Assembly: GCF_006345805.1 (NCBI RefSeq)
Contig: NC_043022.1
Coordinates: 1,364,001 to 1,428,000, forward strand
DNA length: 64,000 nucleotides
Reading direction: 5' to 3'
Source of the DNA: Octopus sinensis
Taxonomy: Eukaryota
Part shown: in pieces, positions 25,158 to 38,940 of the stretch
Position numbering within the stretch: position 1 is the stretch's first letter
Layout: each line of letters begins with the position of its first letter
The notes under the pieces: model-generated
What the model was told of the DNA's origin: nothing
Database searches by the model: none
Seen by the model: the letters and a program-made list of their open reading frames with translations, nothing else
Program-made: the position numbers and the translations under genes

Positions 25158-26626
25158 TTGGGTTGCCTGGAAAGTTCATGCTGATTTTTAAAGGAAAGAA
25201 AAAGGTCAATAAAAATTTGCCATTACATTTTTAATTAACCAAATATGAACCATTTTGTTGCACAATGCCTCTCCATCTTTCCTTTAACTTGAAAATACCC
25301 TCTTCCCAGAATTGAGGTGGTTTCATGGCAAAGAATTCATCAAGGTATCTTTTTACGTCATCCAAGGAATTGAAATTTTTGCCATTAAGACTATTCTCCA
25401 GAGACCTGAATAAGTGGAAATCCGAAGGAGCAATATCTGGTGAATATGGAGGGTGGGGTAGCACATCCCAGCCGAGCTGCAGCAACTTTTGTCTGGTTCC
25501 CAAAGAAGCATGTGGTCTTGCATTATCATGTTGGAAAACAACGCCCTTCAGTTGGCCAATTCTGGACGTTTCTCTTGAATTGCTGCTTTTAACTCGTCCA
25601 GTTGTGTGCAGTATTTCTCAGAATTAATTGTCTGGTTACTTGGGAGAAGCTCATAGTACAGAATTCCTTTCCAATCCCACCAGACACAAAGCAAGACTTT
25701 TTTAGGGTGAAGACCAGCTTGTGGGGTGGCTAAGGGTGGCTCATGTCGCTTACTCCAGGATTGCTTTCTCTGAACATTTCGGTAGATAATCCATTTCTCA
25801 TCACCTATCACAATTTGCTTTAAAAAAGGCACGTTTTCATTCTGTTTATAAAGCGAATTACAACTCATGTGGTACCCAAACATTGTAGCGATTTGTGTAC
25901 CCAAGCCAGGTGCTTATGAACGACGGATTCTGATAGGTTGAGGCTTTCTGCTAATTCTCGGGTTGTGCAATGTGGGTTATTCTCAATTAATGACTTGATT
26001 TGGTCATCATCTGTAGTGGATGGTCTGCCTGATCGCTCTTTGTCAATAAGGCTACAATCTCCAACTGGGAACCTTGCCGAACCACTTCTGTACAGTTCTT
26101 TCGGATTAAGAAATATCACTGTAAACTGCGCATATTTCTTTGGTTGCTTGTGAGGCATTTTTCCCTTTATGGAAAAAGAAAAGCATCAAGTACCGAAAGT
26201 GAACTTTCTTACCTTCCATTTTAAAGGGTTACAGAATTAATACAGGTTATAGGAACATAAACCTTCATCCATGAAAAGTTAGCTTAACCCTTTAGTGTTC
26301 AGATTATTCTGCCAAATGTGATGTTTGTTTATTTAAAATGGTTTGAATTAATCCTGTATTATCTTGTAGTTTAGAGATTTCAGTGATGTGATTATTTTAG
26401 TTTAAGAATGACATGGTAGGGCTGAGGTGAGAGGCGAGAGCTGGTCAGTTTCAATATAAAACAGGTTAAATATTTTGGCCAGATATGGCCAGTTTGAATG
26501 CTAAAGGGTTAAACTGTGCTCTAAATGGAGGTGTAGTCAAATCCTATTTTATGGGCTCAACAATGTTCGAAAATAAGTCAAAAGGCAAGCTACTATAAAT
26601 CGGCACAAACTTTCCAGACAACCCAA
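25158..26626 (-). mobile_element. Full-length decayed mariner (DD34D) transposon with frameshifted transposase (about 26219 to 25231)
   Basis: TA-flanked imperfect ~30-bp TIRs (ttgggttgcctggaaagtt / aactttccagacaacccaa); reading frames contain MEGKKVHFRYLMLFFF, ERSGRPST, IVIGDEKWI, WWDWKGILYYELL and HDNARPH...HPPYSPDIAPSDFHLF. Confidence 0.95.
26284..26512. mobile_element. piggyBac-type MITE nested in the mariner 5' region
   Basis: TTAA|CCCTTTAG ... CTAAAGGG|TTAA termini. Confidence 0.8.
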
Positions 26627-26666
26627 TATATATATATATGCATGAAAATTTCTGTCTGTCTCTCTA

Positions 26667-26699
<33 letters not shown>

Positions 26700-27035
26700 A
26701 TGTTTGTTTGTTTGTTTGTCTGTTTGTCAATATCTATATAAATATATACATGCATATGTACATAGATACAAATAATGTCTCTCTACCTGTCTACACCCAC
26801 ACACACATATACAGACACTCACACACACACACAGAGTCACTCACACATGCTTACGCATATATACCGTGGAATATCCCTCTCGCAGGCTAGCAACAAAATG
26901 AAGACCCTTCTTCTGCCGTCCTCTCCTACTTTGAAATCCAAGCCAGCACAAGCCAATCTGAAAACCTTGCTAACAGCCTTCAGGAAAGATGGCGACCACA
27001 AAGAACTCCAAGTAAGGCACATGGCACTAGATATA

Positions 27036-27101
<66 letters not shown>

Positions 27102-27392
27102 TATGCATATATGTATGTATGTATGTATAAATATATATATATATATATATATACACACACTGTAGATACCTGGTACTGTTTATTTGTAGACGCTGCTGCC
27201 TGCATGTTGCATTATTTCGTCTCTGTTGTTCTTGCTGCTGCTGTTGCCATTGGCGACAATGACGATGATGCCTTCACCAAATATCTGGCTTAACTTTAAA
27301 ATCCCTCTCAGTTCCGTTGTGGCTGTTTGACCATTTATTTATTTATTTATTTATGTATATATATTTATTCATTTTGTTGTTGGCTGTCATCA

Positions 27393-27433
<41 letters not shown>

Positions 27434-27616
27434 GTTATATTTTGTTTTATTCTTTGTAAATTTATTTTTGACTTTGATTTATTTCTCCCTCTCTTTCTCT
27501 CTCCCTCCCTCCCTCCTGTTTCCCCCTCTTCCCCACCACCCTTCCTTTTTGGACAAGTGTTTTATAGATACTCTACATCAGCGTATATGATTGTATGTGT
27601 ACATATATATGTATTT

Positions 27617-27676
<60 letters not shown>

Positions 27677-28391
27677 GTATAATATTAATAATACAGGGAA
27701 ACTTACAGGGAAAAATTAGATTTAGGATTAAATCAAATTTCACAGTATAAATTTAAATTAAATTAGAGATAAAACCACTATTAGGCAACTCAAACAGTGA
27801 TAAACATAAACCAATACATAAATAACAAAAAAAAAATATAATTAATATTATTATTAGGAGCACTCCGTCGGTTACGACGATGAGGGTCCCAGCTGATCCG
27901 ATCAACGGAACAGCTTGCTCGTGGAATTAACGTGCAAGTGGCTGAGCATTCCACAGACACGTGTACCCTTAGCGTAGTTCTCGGGGATATTCAGTGTGAC
28001 ACAGAGAGTGACAAGGCTGGCCCCTTTGAAATACAGGTACAATAGAAACAAGAAGAAAGAGTGGGAGAAAGTTGTGGTGAAAGAGTACAGCAGGGTTCAC
28101 CACCTGCAGGAGCCTCGTGGAGCTTTAGGTGTTTTCGCTCAATAAACACTCACAATGCTCGGTCTGGGAATCGAAACCACGATCCTACGACCGCGAGTCC
28201 GCTGCCCTAACCCCTGGGCCATTGCGCCTTCATAATTAATATATATATATAAAATTTTAAATTTAAATTATTAAAACTTTAAATTTTTAAATTTATATTT
28301 TAAAATTTTTATATTTTTAAATTTTTAAACTTTTAATTTAATTTTTTTTTTTTTAATATTTAACTAACCAAAAAGTATAAAAGAGTATATA

Positions 28392-28437
<46 letters not shown>

Positions 28438-28693
28438 CAGGTGTATTCCATTAGGAATGCAGTAGAGTTCAAAATTGATCTCGTTCACCCTTAGAATTAC
28501 CAAATAGCCAGTAGTATTATGTTATACATCCAAGTCTAGGTTTAGGCATTCATCGGATGTGAAAGTAAAATTGAAAAGGTAGAGTCAACAAGAAGGCAGT
28601 ATGGTAAGGTAGCTTTCTAATAAACACTACATGTTTCGATACGACATAGATCCACATCTACAGCTGGATTCCATTATACAGATAAACCGTTGC

Positions 28694-28922
28694 TTAACCC
28701 TTTAGCATTTAAACCGACCATATCTGGCCAAAAATATTCTACCTGTTTTATGTTCAAACTGGCCAGAACTGGTCTCTCACACCAACCCTACAATATTGTT
28801 TAAAAAATTAACAGCTACCTCATCAAAATCTCAAAGCTACAAGATAATGCATGATTAGTTCAAAACAATGTAGATGAAGAAGCATTCATTTTGGCAGAAT
28901 AATGCGAACACTAAAGGGTTAA
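28694..28922. mobile_element. piggyBac-type MITE
   Basis: TTAACCCTTTAG ... CTAAAGGGTTAA; same family as 26284-26512. Confidence 0.8.
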
Positions 28923-29027
28923 TTTAAATCCTGTGTGTATGTTGATCTACATGGTATCGAAATGTGTAGTGTTTATTAAATAGATGTCTAAACGTTCTCC
29001 TTCTTGTTGACTCTATTTTTTCAAATT

Positions 29028-29060
<33 letters not shown>

Positions 29061-29713
29061 ATAAATGTAAGATCAAAGTGTAGGAAGAAAGTTGGCTTCA
29101 AGCAATCCGAGGTAAATATAAAAAACATCTTTCAGGAACATTAGTGGTTTCCTATACAGAGGAATATATCACTAATGGATAACAAATGAACAAATGGTTA
29201 AATAAATATATTCCCCTTTCATACGTCCTGACTTTAAAAAGCACCCATGACGGTGTTGCGTTAAAGCACCTGTGATGTTGGCATGTAAAAATAACCCAAG
29301 CACACTCTGTTAAGTGATTGGCATTAGGAAGGACATCCAGCTGTAGGGACCATACCACAACAAACAGTTGGAAGCTAGACAACTCCCTGTTAGCTTCATG
29401 TCAAACTATCCAACCCATGCCAGCATGGAAAGCAGATGTTAAACGATGATGGACACACACACACACACACTTATATATATATATATATATATTTAATTTA
29501 AAATTGAGGATAAAATCTTTATAAGAAATTATCAGTAGTTAGCGTGAAAAACCTCGTAAGAGAAAAAATCCGTAAATTTTTCCACTTTGAAAATATTTAT
29601 TTATATTATATAGAGGGTACTACTATTCATAGATACCGCACGCTAGGAGGGACCCTTGTGGTCAAAACTACTAAAAATATATATAAATATATATAAATAT
29701 ATATATTTATATA

Positions 29714-30387
29714 CAGGTTGTCCCAAAAGTCAGTGATGGGTTTCAATTTTTAATAACTTCCTAAACTTTACAAATGAATGCATGAAATTTTGATACAATT
29801 TAAAGGACATAATGGAAATTCATGTGCACTGGTCAAATTTTGCAAGACCACTACATCACATATGAAAAATGATATTGCTTGAATAGCAGCCCTTTTCGAT
29901 TTCGCACAGCCATGCTCTTTCCAAAACTTGCAGCATAACACCCTCAAGAGTTTCAGACCCCAGTTCACTGATTTCTCTATTGATATTCTTCAATTGCACT
30001 AGGGTCTCCAGTTTGTTGACGTAAGCCCTCTTTTCAGGTATACCCACAAGAAAAAACTTTGGGCTAGTCAAGTCTGGGGAACGTGTAGGCCATTCAAAGT
30101 AGAGCTCACACAAGGTTCCAGCAAGATGGGGCAGCTGCTCATACCACAAAAGAAACAATGCAGTTGCTATGGCAGTGCTTTGGAGAGAGAATAACCCCTC
30201 ACTATGGCAACGTCAACTGGCCTTCACTTTCCCCTTCATATGTAATGTAGAGGTGTTGCAAAATTAGACTTATACATATAAATTTCCATTATGTCCTTTA
30301 TATTGGATCAAAATTTCATGCATTTATTTGTAAAGTTAAGGAAGTTATTAAAAATTGATACCCATCAGTGACTCTTGGGACACCCTA
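29714..30387 (-). mobile_element. Tc1/mariner deletion derivative with ~110-bp TIRs
   Basis: TA|CAGGTTGTCCCAA.. long inverted repeats; internal remnant WPTRSPDLT resembles the WPPRSPDL transposase motif. Confidence 0.8.
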
Positions 30388-30726
30388 TGTATATATATAT
30401 CACTGTGATTACTGTGACCGACCAGGCCATCAGATGTTGCTACACATCGCTGGTCACAATGCGCTTCACATTGTTTTAGCCTTCAAATGGCGCCACCTCA
30501 CTGGCTAAGCGAGCAGGCCTACAGGAGAAAGAGTGAGAGAAAGTTGTGGTGAAAGAGTACAGCAGGGTTCGCCACCCCCCCTGCCGGAGCATCGTTGAGC
30601 TTAAGGTGTTTTCGCTCAATAAACACTCACAACGCCCGGTCTGGGAATCGAAACCGCGATCTTCCGACCGCGAGTCCGCTGCCCTAACCACTGGGCCATG
30701 TATATATATGTATATGTAGGTATGTG

Positions 30727-30828
<102 letters not shown>

Positions 30829-33461
30829 CATGCATATGCACACGTGTGCATATATACTTGCATATCTTGTGTCTGTGTGTGTGTAAATATTCAAGTGTTG
30901 CATTGGCTGCATTCATAGAGCGTGAGACGTAATGCCATGCAATGTTAAGTATTTGTTCAGAGTTCAGATATGCCACTGTGGTCAGCCTTGTTTGCCATCT
31001 TTCCTGGCTTCACAAAATAAAGTAGCTGTTGAAGACCGGGGTTGAATAACTTGCCTAATGTTTTGTTTAAACATGTGGCATGACCTGGCCTGGCCTATGT
31101 TGGAATTCATCCTTGTAAGGTGGCGGTGTAGCAGAATTGGTGGAGCAGTGAAGAGAATGCCTTGTGGTGTTTATGTAAGTCCCTTCACATACAAATACTG
31201 CTAAGATCAACTTTACCAGTCACCCTCCTGGGTCACTAAACGCCCCTGTTAAGTGTAATCAACTAACTCCTTCTTCTCAAATTTATGGTCTTGTGTCTCT
31301 GGTGGAAATATTATTATTATTATTATTATTCAAGGTGTTGAACTGGCAGGATTGTTTGCAGGCCAGACAAAAGACTTAGTGGCATTTCGTCTGTCTTCTC
31401 ATTCTGGGATCAAATTCTGCCAAGGTCGACTTTTCCTTCCATTTTTTGGGGTCAATAAAATAAGTATCAGTTGAATACTGGGGTGATGTAATCGACTTAA
31501 TCCCTTCCTCCAAATTGCTGGCCTTGTGCCAAAATTTGAAGTCATCACCATCACCATCACCATCATTGTTATTATTATTAAGATGGTGAGCTGTAAGAAG
31601 CGTTAACATGCCAGGAAAACTGCTTAGTGGCATTTTGTCCGTCTTTACGTTCTGAGTTCAAATTCCACTGAGGTCGACTTTACCTTTCCTCCTTTTGTAG
31701 TCTATAAATTAAGTACCAGTTGCATACTGGGGTCGATCTAATCAACTGGCCCCTCTCCCTCCCAAATTTCAGGCCTTGTGCCTATAGTAGAGTAGAAAGG
31801 ATTATTATTATTATTATTATTATTGAGTGAGAGAGCAGTGCATGCCATCAAAGTGACACTGGGGTAAAATATACGAAGCCCAGTATACCCATCATGACTA
31901 GCCGTGTGATAAGGGTACACTAGGCACATGCATCACAACCATATGTGTGCGACATGGTGATCTCATATCAAGATAAACAGCACATGACCTTGCAGGTGGG
32001 GCCCACTTAGAATTTTCTTCAGGTCGAGCAACCCATCCTGCTGAAAAGGTCCCTGAATATTATTATTATTATTATTATTATTATGACGCATGGCCTAGTG
32101 TTTAGGGTGTTGGGCTCATGATCGTGAGATCGTGGTTTCAGTTTCTAGACCAGGTGGTGCATTGTGTTATTTAGCAAGACACTTCATCCCGCATTGCTCT
32201 GTGATCACTTTGACACCTGATGCATGGTACACAGTGCAACTGTTCAAGCAACGTCGATTTGATGGAGAGAGTGGCACAAATATTTGATCACTATGAACAA
32301 TATCATTTGTTGAGGTCATTTGGCAAAAGCTGAATGCTCATACATCATTTTCAATAGGAGAGTCCATCATATATATGGAAGCACTCCATCGGTTACGACG
32401 ACGAGGGTTGCGGTTGATCCGAATCAACGGAACAACCTGCTCGTGGAATTAACATGTAAGTGGCTGAGCACTCCACAGACACGTGTACACTTAACGTAGT
32501 TCTCGGGGATATTCAGCGTGACACAGAGAGTGACAAGGCCGGCCCTTTGAAATACAGGTACAACAGAAACAGGAAGTAAGAGTGAGAGAAAGTTGTGGTG
32601 AAAGAGTACAGCAGGGATCACCACCATTCCCTGCCAGAGCCTCATGGAGCTTTAGGTGTTTTCGCTCAATAAACACTCACAACGCCCGGTCTGGGAATCG
32701 AAACCGCGATCCTATGACCGCGAGTCCGCTGCCCTAACCACTGGGCCATTGCGCCTCCACATCATATATATATGACCTTAACAAATGGTTTATTCATAGT
32801 GATCAAATATTTGTGCCACTCTCTCCATCAAATATATATATATTTATATAGGGTGCATGGCTTTGGGGTTAGGGCATTGCACCTGTGATCTGGTGATTGT
32901 GATTTCAGTTCCTAGACCAGGTTCTGCATTGTGTTCTTAAGCAAAACACTCCATCTCACTTCCACACCTGATGTGAGGTAACACCATTCACTTCTTCAGA
33001 CAATGTTGATTTGGTGGAGAGAGAGTGAGCTAATGGGCAGCACGGACGTTTGATTACTATAAACAAATCGTTTGTGGAGGTCGTTTGGCAAAAAGCTGAA
33101 TGCTCATACATGGTCTTCAACGGCAGAGTCCATCACACACACACACACACACACACACATATGGTGTGGTGTGGATTTATGGAAAGAAATCCCATAAAAC
33201 TCAACAATTTTGATGATGGAGAAGAAATGTTAGAATATATAAATTCTCTTATATATTTTAGCATCTCCATTTTCATCAAAATTGTTGAGTTTTATAGGAT
33301 TTCTTTCCATAAATTCACAACACACCATATACAAGTATTATTTTCATATTCACAATTTAACGCCAGTAAGCTACCAGCAAAATATGAAGAATCTATATTA
33401 ATCTTTTTTTGGAAACCTCCAAATTAAAGGACGAATCTAATTCAATCTTTTTACAGATACA

Positions 33462-33510
<49 letters not shown>

Positions 33511-33627
33511 TATTATTATTTGAGGGAATAAAATCCAAACTTAAAAGGAAAAAAATTCAATTTAGAAATACTAAATCAAATTTAACACAATATAATATAT
33601 ATATAAAAAATTAGAAAAAAAACACCC

Positions 33628-33788
33628 TTTATCAATTCAAAATGAACAATTAAATTACACCATCTAGAAAATTACATATAATAGAAATATTAAAATTAAA
33701 ATATTTTATTGGTATTTTAATTTTAATATTTCTATTATATGTAATTTTCTAGATGGTGTAATTTAATTGTTCATTTTGAATTGATAAA
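33628..33788. repeat. AT-rich inverted repeat, 76-bp perfect arms, 9-nt spacer
   Basis: 33628-33703 is the exact reverse complement of 33713-33788. Confidence 0.95.
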
Positions 33789-33803
33789 AGGTGTGTTTTT
33801 TTA

Positions 33804-33853
<50 letters not shown>

Positions 33854-34512
33854 GTTTGTATGTATGGGACCAATCTTTTAAGGGCTCTATAGATCTTAAT
33901 CCAGCCCTGCCTGTTGAGGTCAACTTTACCTTTCATTCCCCCTGGGATTGGTGAAATAAAGTACCAACCAAATACTTGGATTGATATAATTGAGTCCCTT
34001 TGCCACTGTCCGTCCTTCAAATCTTAGGTCTTTTGCTTATCTCAGAAGCAGTTATTGCTAAAGTCGGCAAGCTGGCAGAATTGTTAAGGCATCCAAAAAA
34101 TTTTCAAAAGTGCCTAGTGGTATTTCTTCCAGTTCCTTACATCCTGAATTCTAATCCTGGTACAGTCATCTTTACTTTTCATCGTTTTGGGGTTGGTAAA
34201 AATTAAGTGCCACTCAAGTACTGGGATCGATGGTATTGACTAACACCCCTCCCTTCAAAATTGTTGGCCTTGTTCCTGAATCAGAAACCATTATTATTAT
34301 TATTATTGAGTGAGAGAGCAGTGCATGCCATCAAAGTGCCACTGGGGTTCAAATATACAAAGCCCAGTATACCCGTCATGACTACCTGTCTGATAAGAGT
34401 ATACCAGGCACATGCAACACAACCATCTGTGCGTGACACGGTGACCTCATATCAAAATAAACAGTGCATGACCTTGCAGGTGGGGGCCCAGTTATTATCA
34501 TCATCATCACCA

Positions 34513-34719
34513 TTGTATTTTCTGGCATACAAGTCAATGTTGTATATAATGTAAACATGTACTGTATTCATCCTAATATTATTACTATCATTCCAACTCC
34601 TGTTGCACTTCACATGGAATTTTTGGTCCTTAAAGTCATCTTGACATACAAGTCAACCCACCTTTTTATGCCTCTTAATTTTGGTCTACAAAATTTGACT
34701 TGTATGCTGGAAAATACAG
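34513..34719. mobile_element. pogo/Tc2-like MITE
   Basis: inverted ends tgtattttctggcatacaagtc / gacttgtatgctggaaaatacag|ta. Confidence 0.65.
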
Positions 34720-35373
34720 TATTTTTACTCTCTTTTTTTTAAAAATCTGTTTCAAGGGCCTTGTTTGTTTCTTTCTATTCCTTAGTTTTCTTTTATTCAT
34801 CAAAGAAAAAAGGGAGAGAGAAGTCAAATAGGGGCTAGATTTTTTTGTTTGTTTTTATTTTTCAATGGGCACACTTAGCGTACATTTTATTTCACAAAAT
34901 TCTCAGGGGTTTCACGTTACCCCACAAAAGATATTTCTCTCTGAAAATTGGCTTCATGCTTCAGTGATCTTATTGTGATTTTCTTTTCTTCATTCATGGT
35001 TGTCTTGTCTTGTTTTTCAATTTATTTCCCTGGCATTCTTTTGTTTTATTATCTCTTTTTTCTTTTCTTGACTTTTCATTGTCTTTTTACTCAATCCATG
35101 TAGATTTCTTACCTTTCGTTGTTGTTGCTGTCAAAGGTAATTAATTGTCTTTGTTGAGGTTTATAATGAATATTTAATTTGTTGTTAATAAGATAATAAT
35201 TTTTCAGGTTATTAACATTTATTCCTAGCGAGACAAAAAAAAATGTTTCTTTAGTCACAACAACCCCATGTCTTGGTCAGTTTGATCTTCAATTGTGATC
35301 AGGTGTCTTTTACCTGAGTGTGTATATCCATTGATGTTAGTGTATATAAATCGTTAGCCTTCAAGAGTGTTTG

Positions 35374-35801
35374 TTAACCCTTCAGCATTCGGATTACTCT
35401 GTCAAATGCTTATTTGTTCACATTGCTTTTAATTAATCATGCATTATCTTGCAGCTTCAATATTTCAATGATGTGATTGTATATTGTAGAATGACATCAC
35501 AGGGTAGGTATGAGAGGTCATACCTGGTCAGTTTGATCATAAAACATGTACTATATTTGGGCTGGATATGGGCAATTTAAATGCTAGAGCAGTGGTTTTC
35601 AACCAGTGTTCCGCCAGTACAGTCCAGGGGTTCTGCAAGAAGTTACAAAACTGCTAAAATCAGCAGTAATTTTTAATTCTCCTGTGCAGATATGTGTGCA
35701 TAAGACTATTAAATTATTGCACAGGGGTTCCTCGAGCCAGTGGAATGCTTCCTTGGGGTTCCGCTCCAGCAAAAAGTTTGAAAAGCACTGTGCTAGGTTA
35801 A
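35374..35801. mobile_element. piggyBac-type MITE interrupted by a hAT MITE
   Basis: TTAACCCTTCAG start; terminal tgctaggttaa displaced by the insertion at 35590-35790. Confidence 0.7.
35590..35790. mobile_element. hAT (Charlie-like) MITE
   Basis: TIR cagtggttttcaacc / ttgaaaagcactg; 8-bp TSD-like tgctagag / tgctaggt. Confidence 0.75.
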
Positions 35802-37119
35802 ACAGGTTTTGAAGAGCCTCAGAGTTCCACGAAAAATTTTTTCTGGTGTCTTTTAATAAAAACTTTATAAAAAATTTATCCTTAAAGAAAAAAATATGAT
35901 AATCCACTATTTTCAAAATAATAGATGATATATAAATATATATATATATATATATGCTTGACTGCTAAATCCACAAGTTTTTAAAATTCTCTCTCTGTTT
36001 ATTTTCTCTTATTCCTTTCTGTTAAAGAGCGTAGACTCGAAACACAAAAGACTTTCTCATTTTCCCGAGCATCAAACTAATACACCTGTTGATCATACAC
36101 CTGTCTTTGTCTTTTGTTTTTCTGTAAATTTTAAGTATATATATATTTATTTCTTTACTACCCACAAGGGGCTAAACACAGAGGGGACAAACAAGGACAG
36201 ACAAAGGGATTAAGTCGATTACATCGACCCCAGTGCGTAACTGGTACTTAATTTATCGACCCCGAAAGGATAAAAGGCGAAGTCGACCTCGGCGGAATTT
36301 GAACTTAGAACGTAATGACAGATGAAATACGGCAACGCATTTCGCCCGGTGTGCTAACGTTTCTGCCAGCTCGCCGCCATAAGTATATATATTAATGAAT
36401 TAATTCTCTTTAGAATTATTTCTCTTTCATTTAATGCTTTATTAAAATTAGAGCTGTATGTGGGGTGGTTATTTGAAAAATATAGACAGGAGTCTTATAG
36501 TACGTGGAAAATTGTTTAACCACGCCAAATTTTGGAAAACATTTGGCCTAGTAGGTGAGTTATTACCCCTTAGTTTAGAGATAAAAGGCCCTAGTTTGAA
36601 TTTAGATATGTTAAGGGATTTTATGACATTTAACAATGAAGTTAGTTATTTTAGTTAAATCACTCCCAAACTGGGTGTCAGTAACTTTGACATGGCCCCA
36701 CATGTATAAACTGCGTTATAGCTTCTATGTAAAAGTCAAGGAGTGTGGCTTAGTGGTTAGGGTAATAGACCGACGATCATAAGATGGTGAGTTCAATTCC
36801 TGGTGATGCATTGTGTCCTTGAGCAAGACACTTTATTTCACGATCCCCCAGTTCACTCAACAGGCAAAAATGAGTTGTACCTGTATTTCAAAGGGGCCAG
36901 CCTTGTCACACCCTGTGTCATGTTGAATCTCCCCGAGAAATATGTTAAGGCTATGAGTGTCTGTGGAGTGCTCAGCCACCTGAATGTTAATTTCATGAGC
37001 AAGCTGTTCCATTGATCGGATCAAACGGAACACACATCCTGGGGTAGGGGTGGGGGCAGTAAACGTGTTTCCTCTATCACACCTGTTTCTGTCATTGATG
37101 ATGCTTATGTCAGCAAAAA

Positions 37120-37682
37120 CGAACCCTTTAGCATTTGAACTGTCCATATCCAGCCCGAGTATTCCACCTGTTTTATATTCAAACTGGCCAGATCTGGTCT
37201 CTCACACCTACCTTACAATGTCAGTGTAAAAATAAGCATTTGCACCATCAAAATCCCAAAGCTACAAGATAACGCATGATTAATTGAAAACCAATGTGAA
37301 TAAACAAGCATCAGTATTGACAGAGTAATCTGAATGCTAAAAAATTAAATCCTTGTCCTGCCCAAATATTCTCCCTGTTTTATGTTCAAACTAGCCAGAT
37401 CTGGCCTTTTACTCCTTTCCTACAATGTCATTCTAAAAATAGACAATCACATCAGCAACATCTCAAGGCTTTGAGATAATGCATGATTAATTCAAAACAA
37501 TGTAATTCGATGTAAGCAGTATTCCGCCTGGCCTCTTACACCTACCCTACAATGTCATTGTTAAAATAAACATTCACACTATCAAAAACCCAAAGCTACA
37601 AGATAATGCATGATGAATTGGAAACCATGTGAATAGATGTAAGCATTTCATTTGACAGCAATCTGAATACAAAAGGGTTGAA
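37120..37682. mobile_element. Tandem degenerate piggyBac-type MITE copies
   Basis: repeated blocks of the ccctttagcattt...caaactggccagatctgg...gataatgcatgattaatt family. Confidence 0.6.
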
Positions 37683-38407
37683 CATATTGTGAAACAAAAG
37701 ACTATTTAAATGTTGTCAACCGCTCAAAGATCCACAGAATCTTTAAATTTGAAAAATTTTTTCAGAAGGCCCTAGGCCAACAGAGAACACTGCATTAGCC
37801 CACTCTTTTGTTAACCCCTGCACCAAATAATTAAGGCCAGAAATTTGGGAGAAGGGGGCTTGTTATAGATTTAACCCTGGTACTTCACTGGTACTTTATC
37901 ATATCTACCTCAGAAGGAAGAACGATAAAATTGACTGCAACAGGATTTGAATATAAAAGAGACGTAACTAAAATGCCATGAAGCATTCTTGTCCAATATT
38001 TCCTTGGCAAATACAGTCCCAAAAGGGTTAAGCATTTCTTGTCTCTGCTGGTGCTGTTAACAGTCTGCAAAATTGTGATCTTCTGTAATTTCTGACAATC
38101 CAGATTTCTCTATAATTATTACGGAGATGTACTTGCATAGCAAGTGACCTGATCTGAGATCATGTGCTGGAACGAAAACAATTGCAGCGTGGGAGGTGTT
38201 TATAAGCCATTTAAGAAACACACAAAAACCGTTAGATTCACTTCAACATTTAAATTTAAGTTGTCAAAATATTTTCGTCGCTTTGAGACCGCGACCTGTT
38301 CACTGACAAAACTTCGTGTTGTTCTATAATTATTAAATTCACAATAAAGGTTATTTTTTGTTGTTGTTGACTGACCACAAGTTGGCTCCAGTCAAGTAGA
38401 ATTATGA

Positions 38408-38940
38408 TTAACCTTTTTGTTACTGTATTTATTTTGAGATGCTCTGTATTTCTTTCAATCGGTTTTAAATATAACAAAGAATTTAGTAAAATAACTTAGT
38501 TGTCATTAAGCTAGTGTTAGGAACATAAATTGTGACTAAGGTTTGGTGGAAGATTTTAATTCAGAACTTTTGAAAACAAGACATTTGTACTACAGAGCCA
38601 GAGGTGGTTTCAGCTGGGTTTGTATCAAAAAGGTTAATTTGCAGATTTTGTTTCATTTGTTAGAAATAGCAGCCAAATCTTGTGCAAATTGAAGACACAT
38701 TTGACTGACTGTCTTAAACCCTTTTGCTACCATATTTCTGTTGAGATGTTCTGTGTTTCTTTCAATTAATTTAAAATATAAAGAATTTATTAAAATAACT
38801 TCATTATCATTAAGCTAGTGTTAGGAACATAAATTGTGACTAAGGTTTGGTAGAAGGTTTTAATTCAAAACTTAAGAAAACATGACATTTGTACTGAGAG
38901 CCAGAGCCGGTTTCAGGTGGGTTGGTCATGAAAGGGTTAA
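38408..38940. mobile_element. Pair of piggyBac-type MITEs with a 76-bp spacer (inverted copy of 348-884)
   Basis: same two MITEs and spacer (1 mismatch) in the opposite orientation. Confidence 0.8.
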
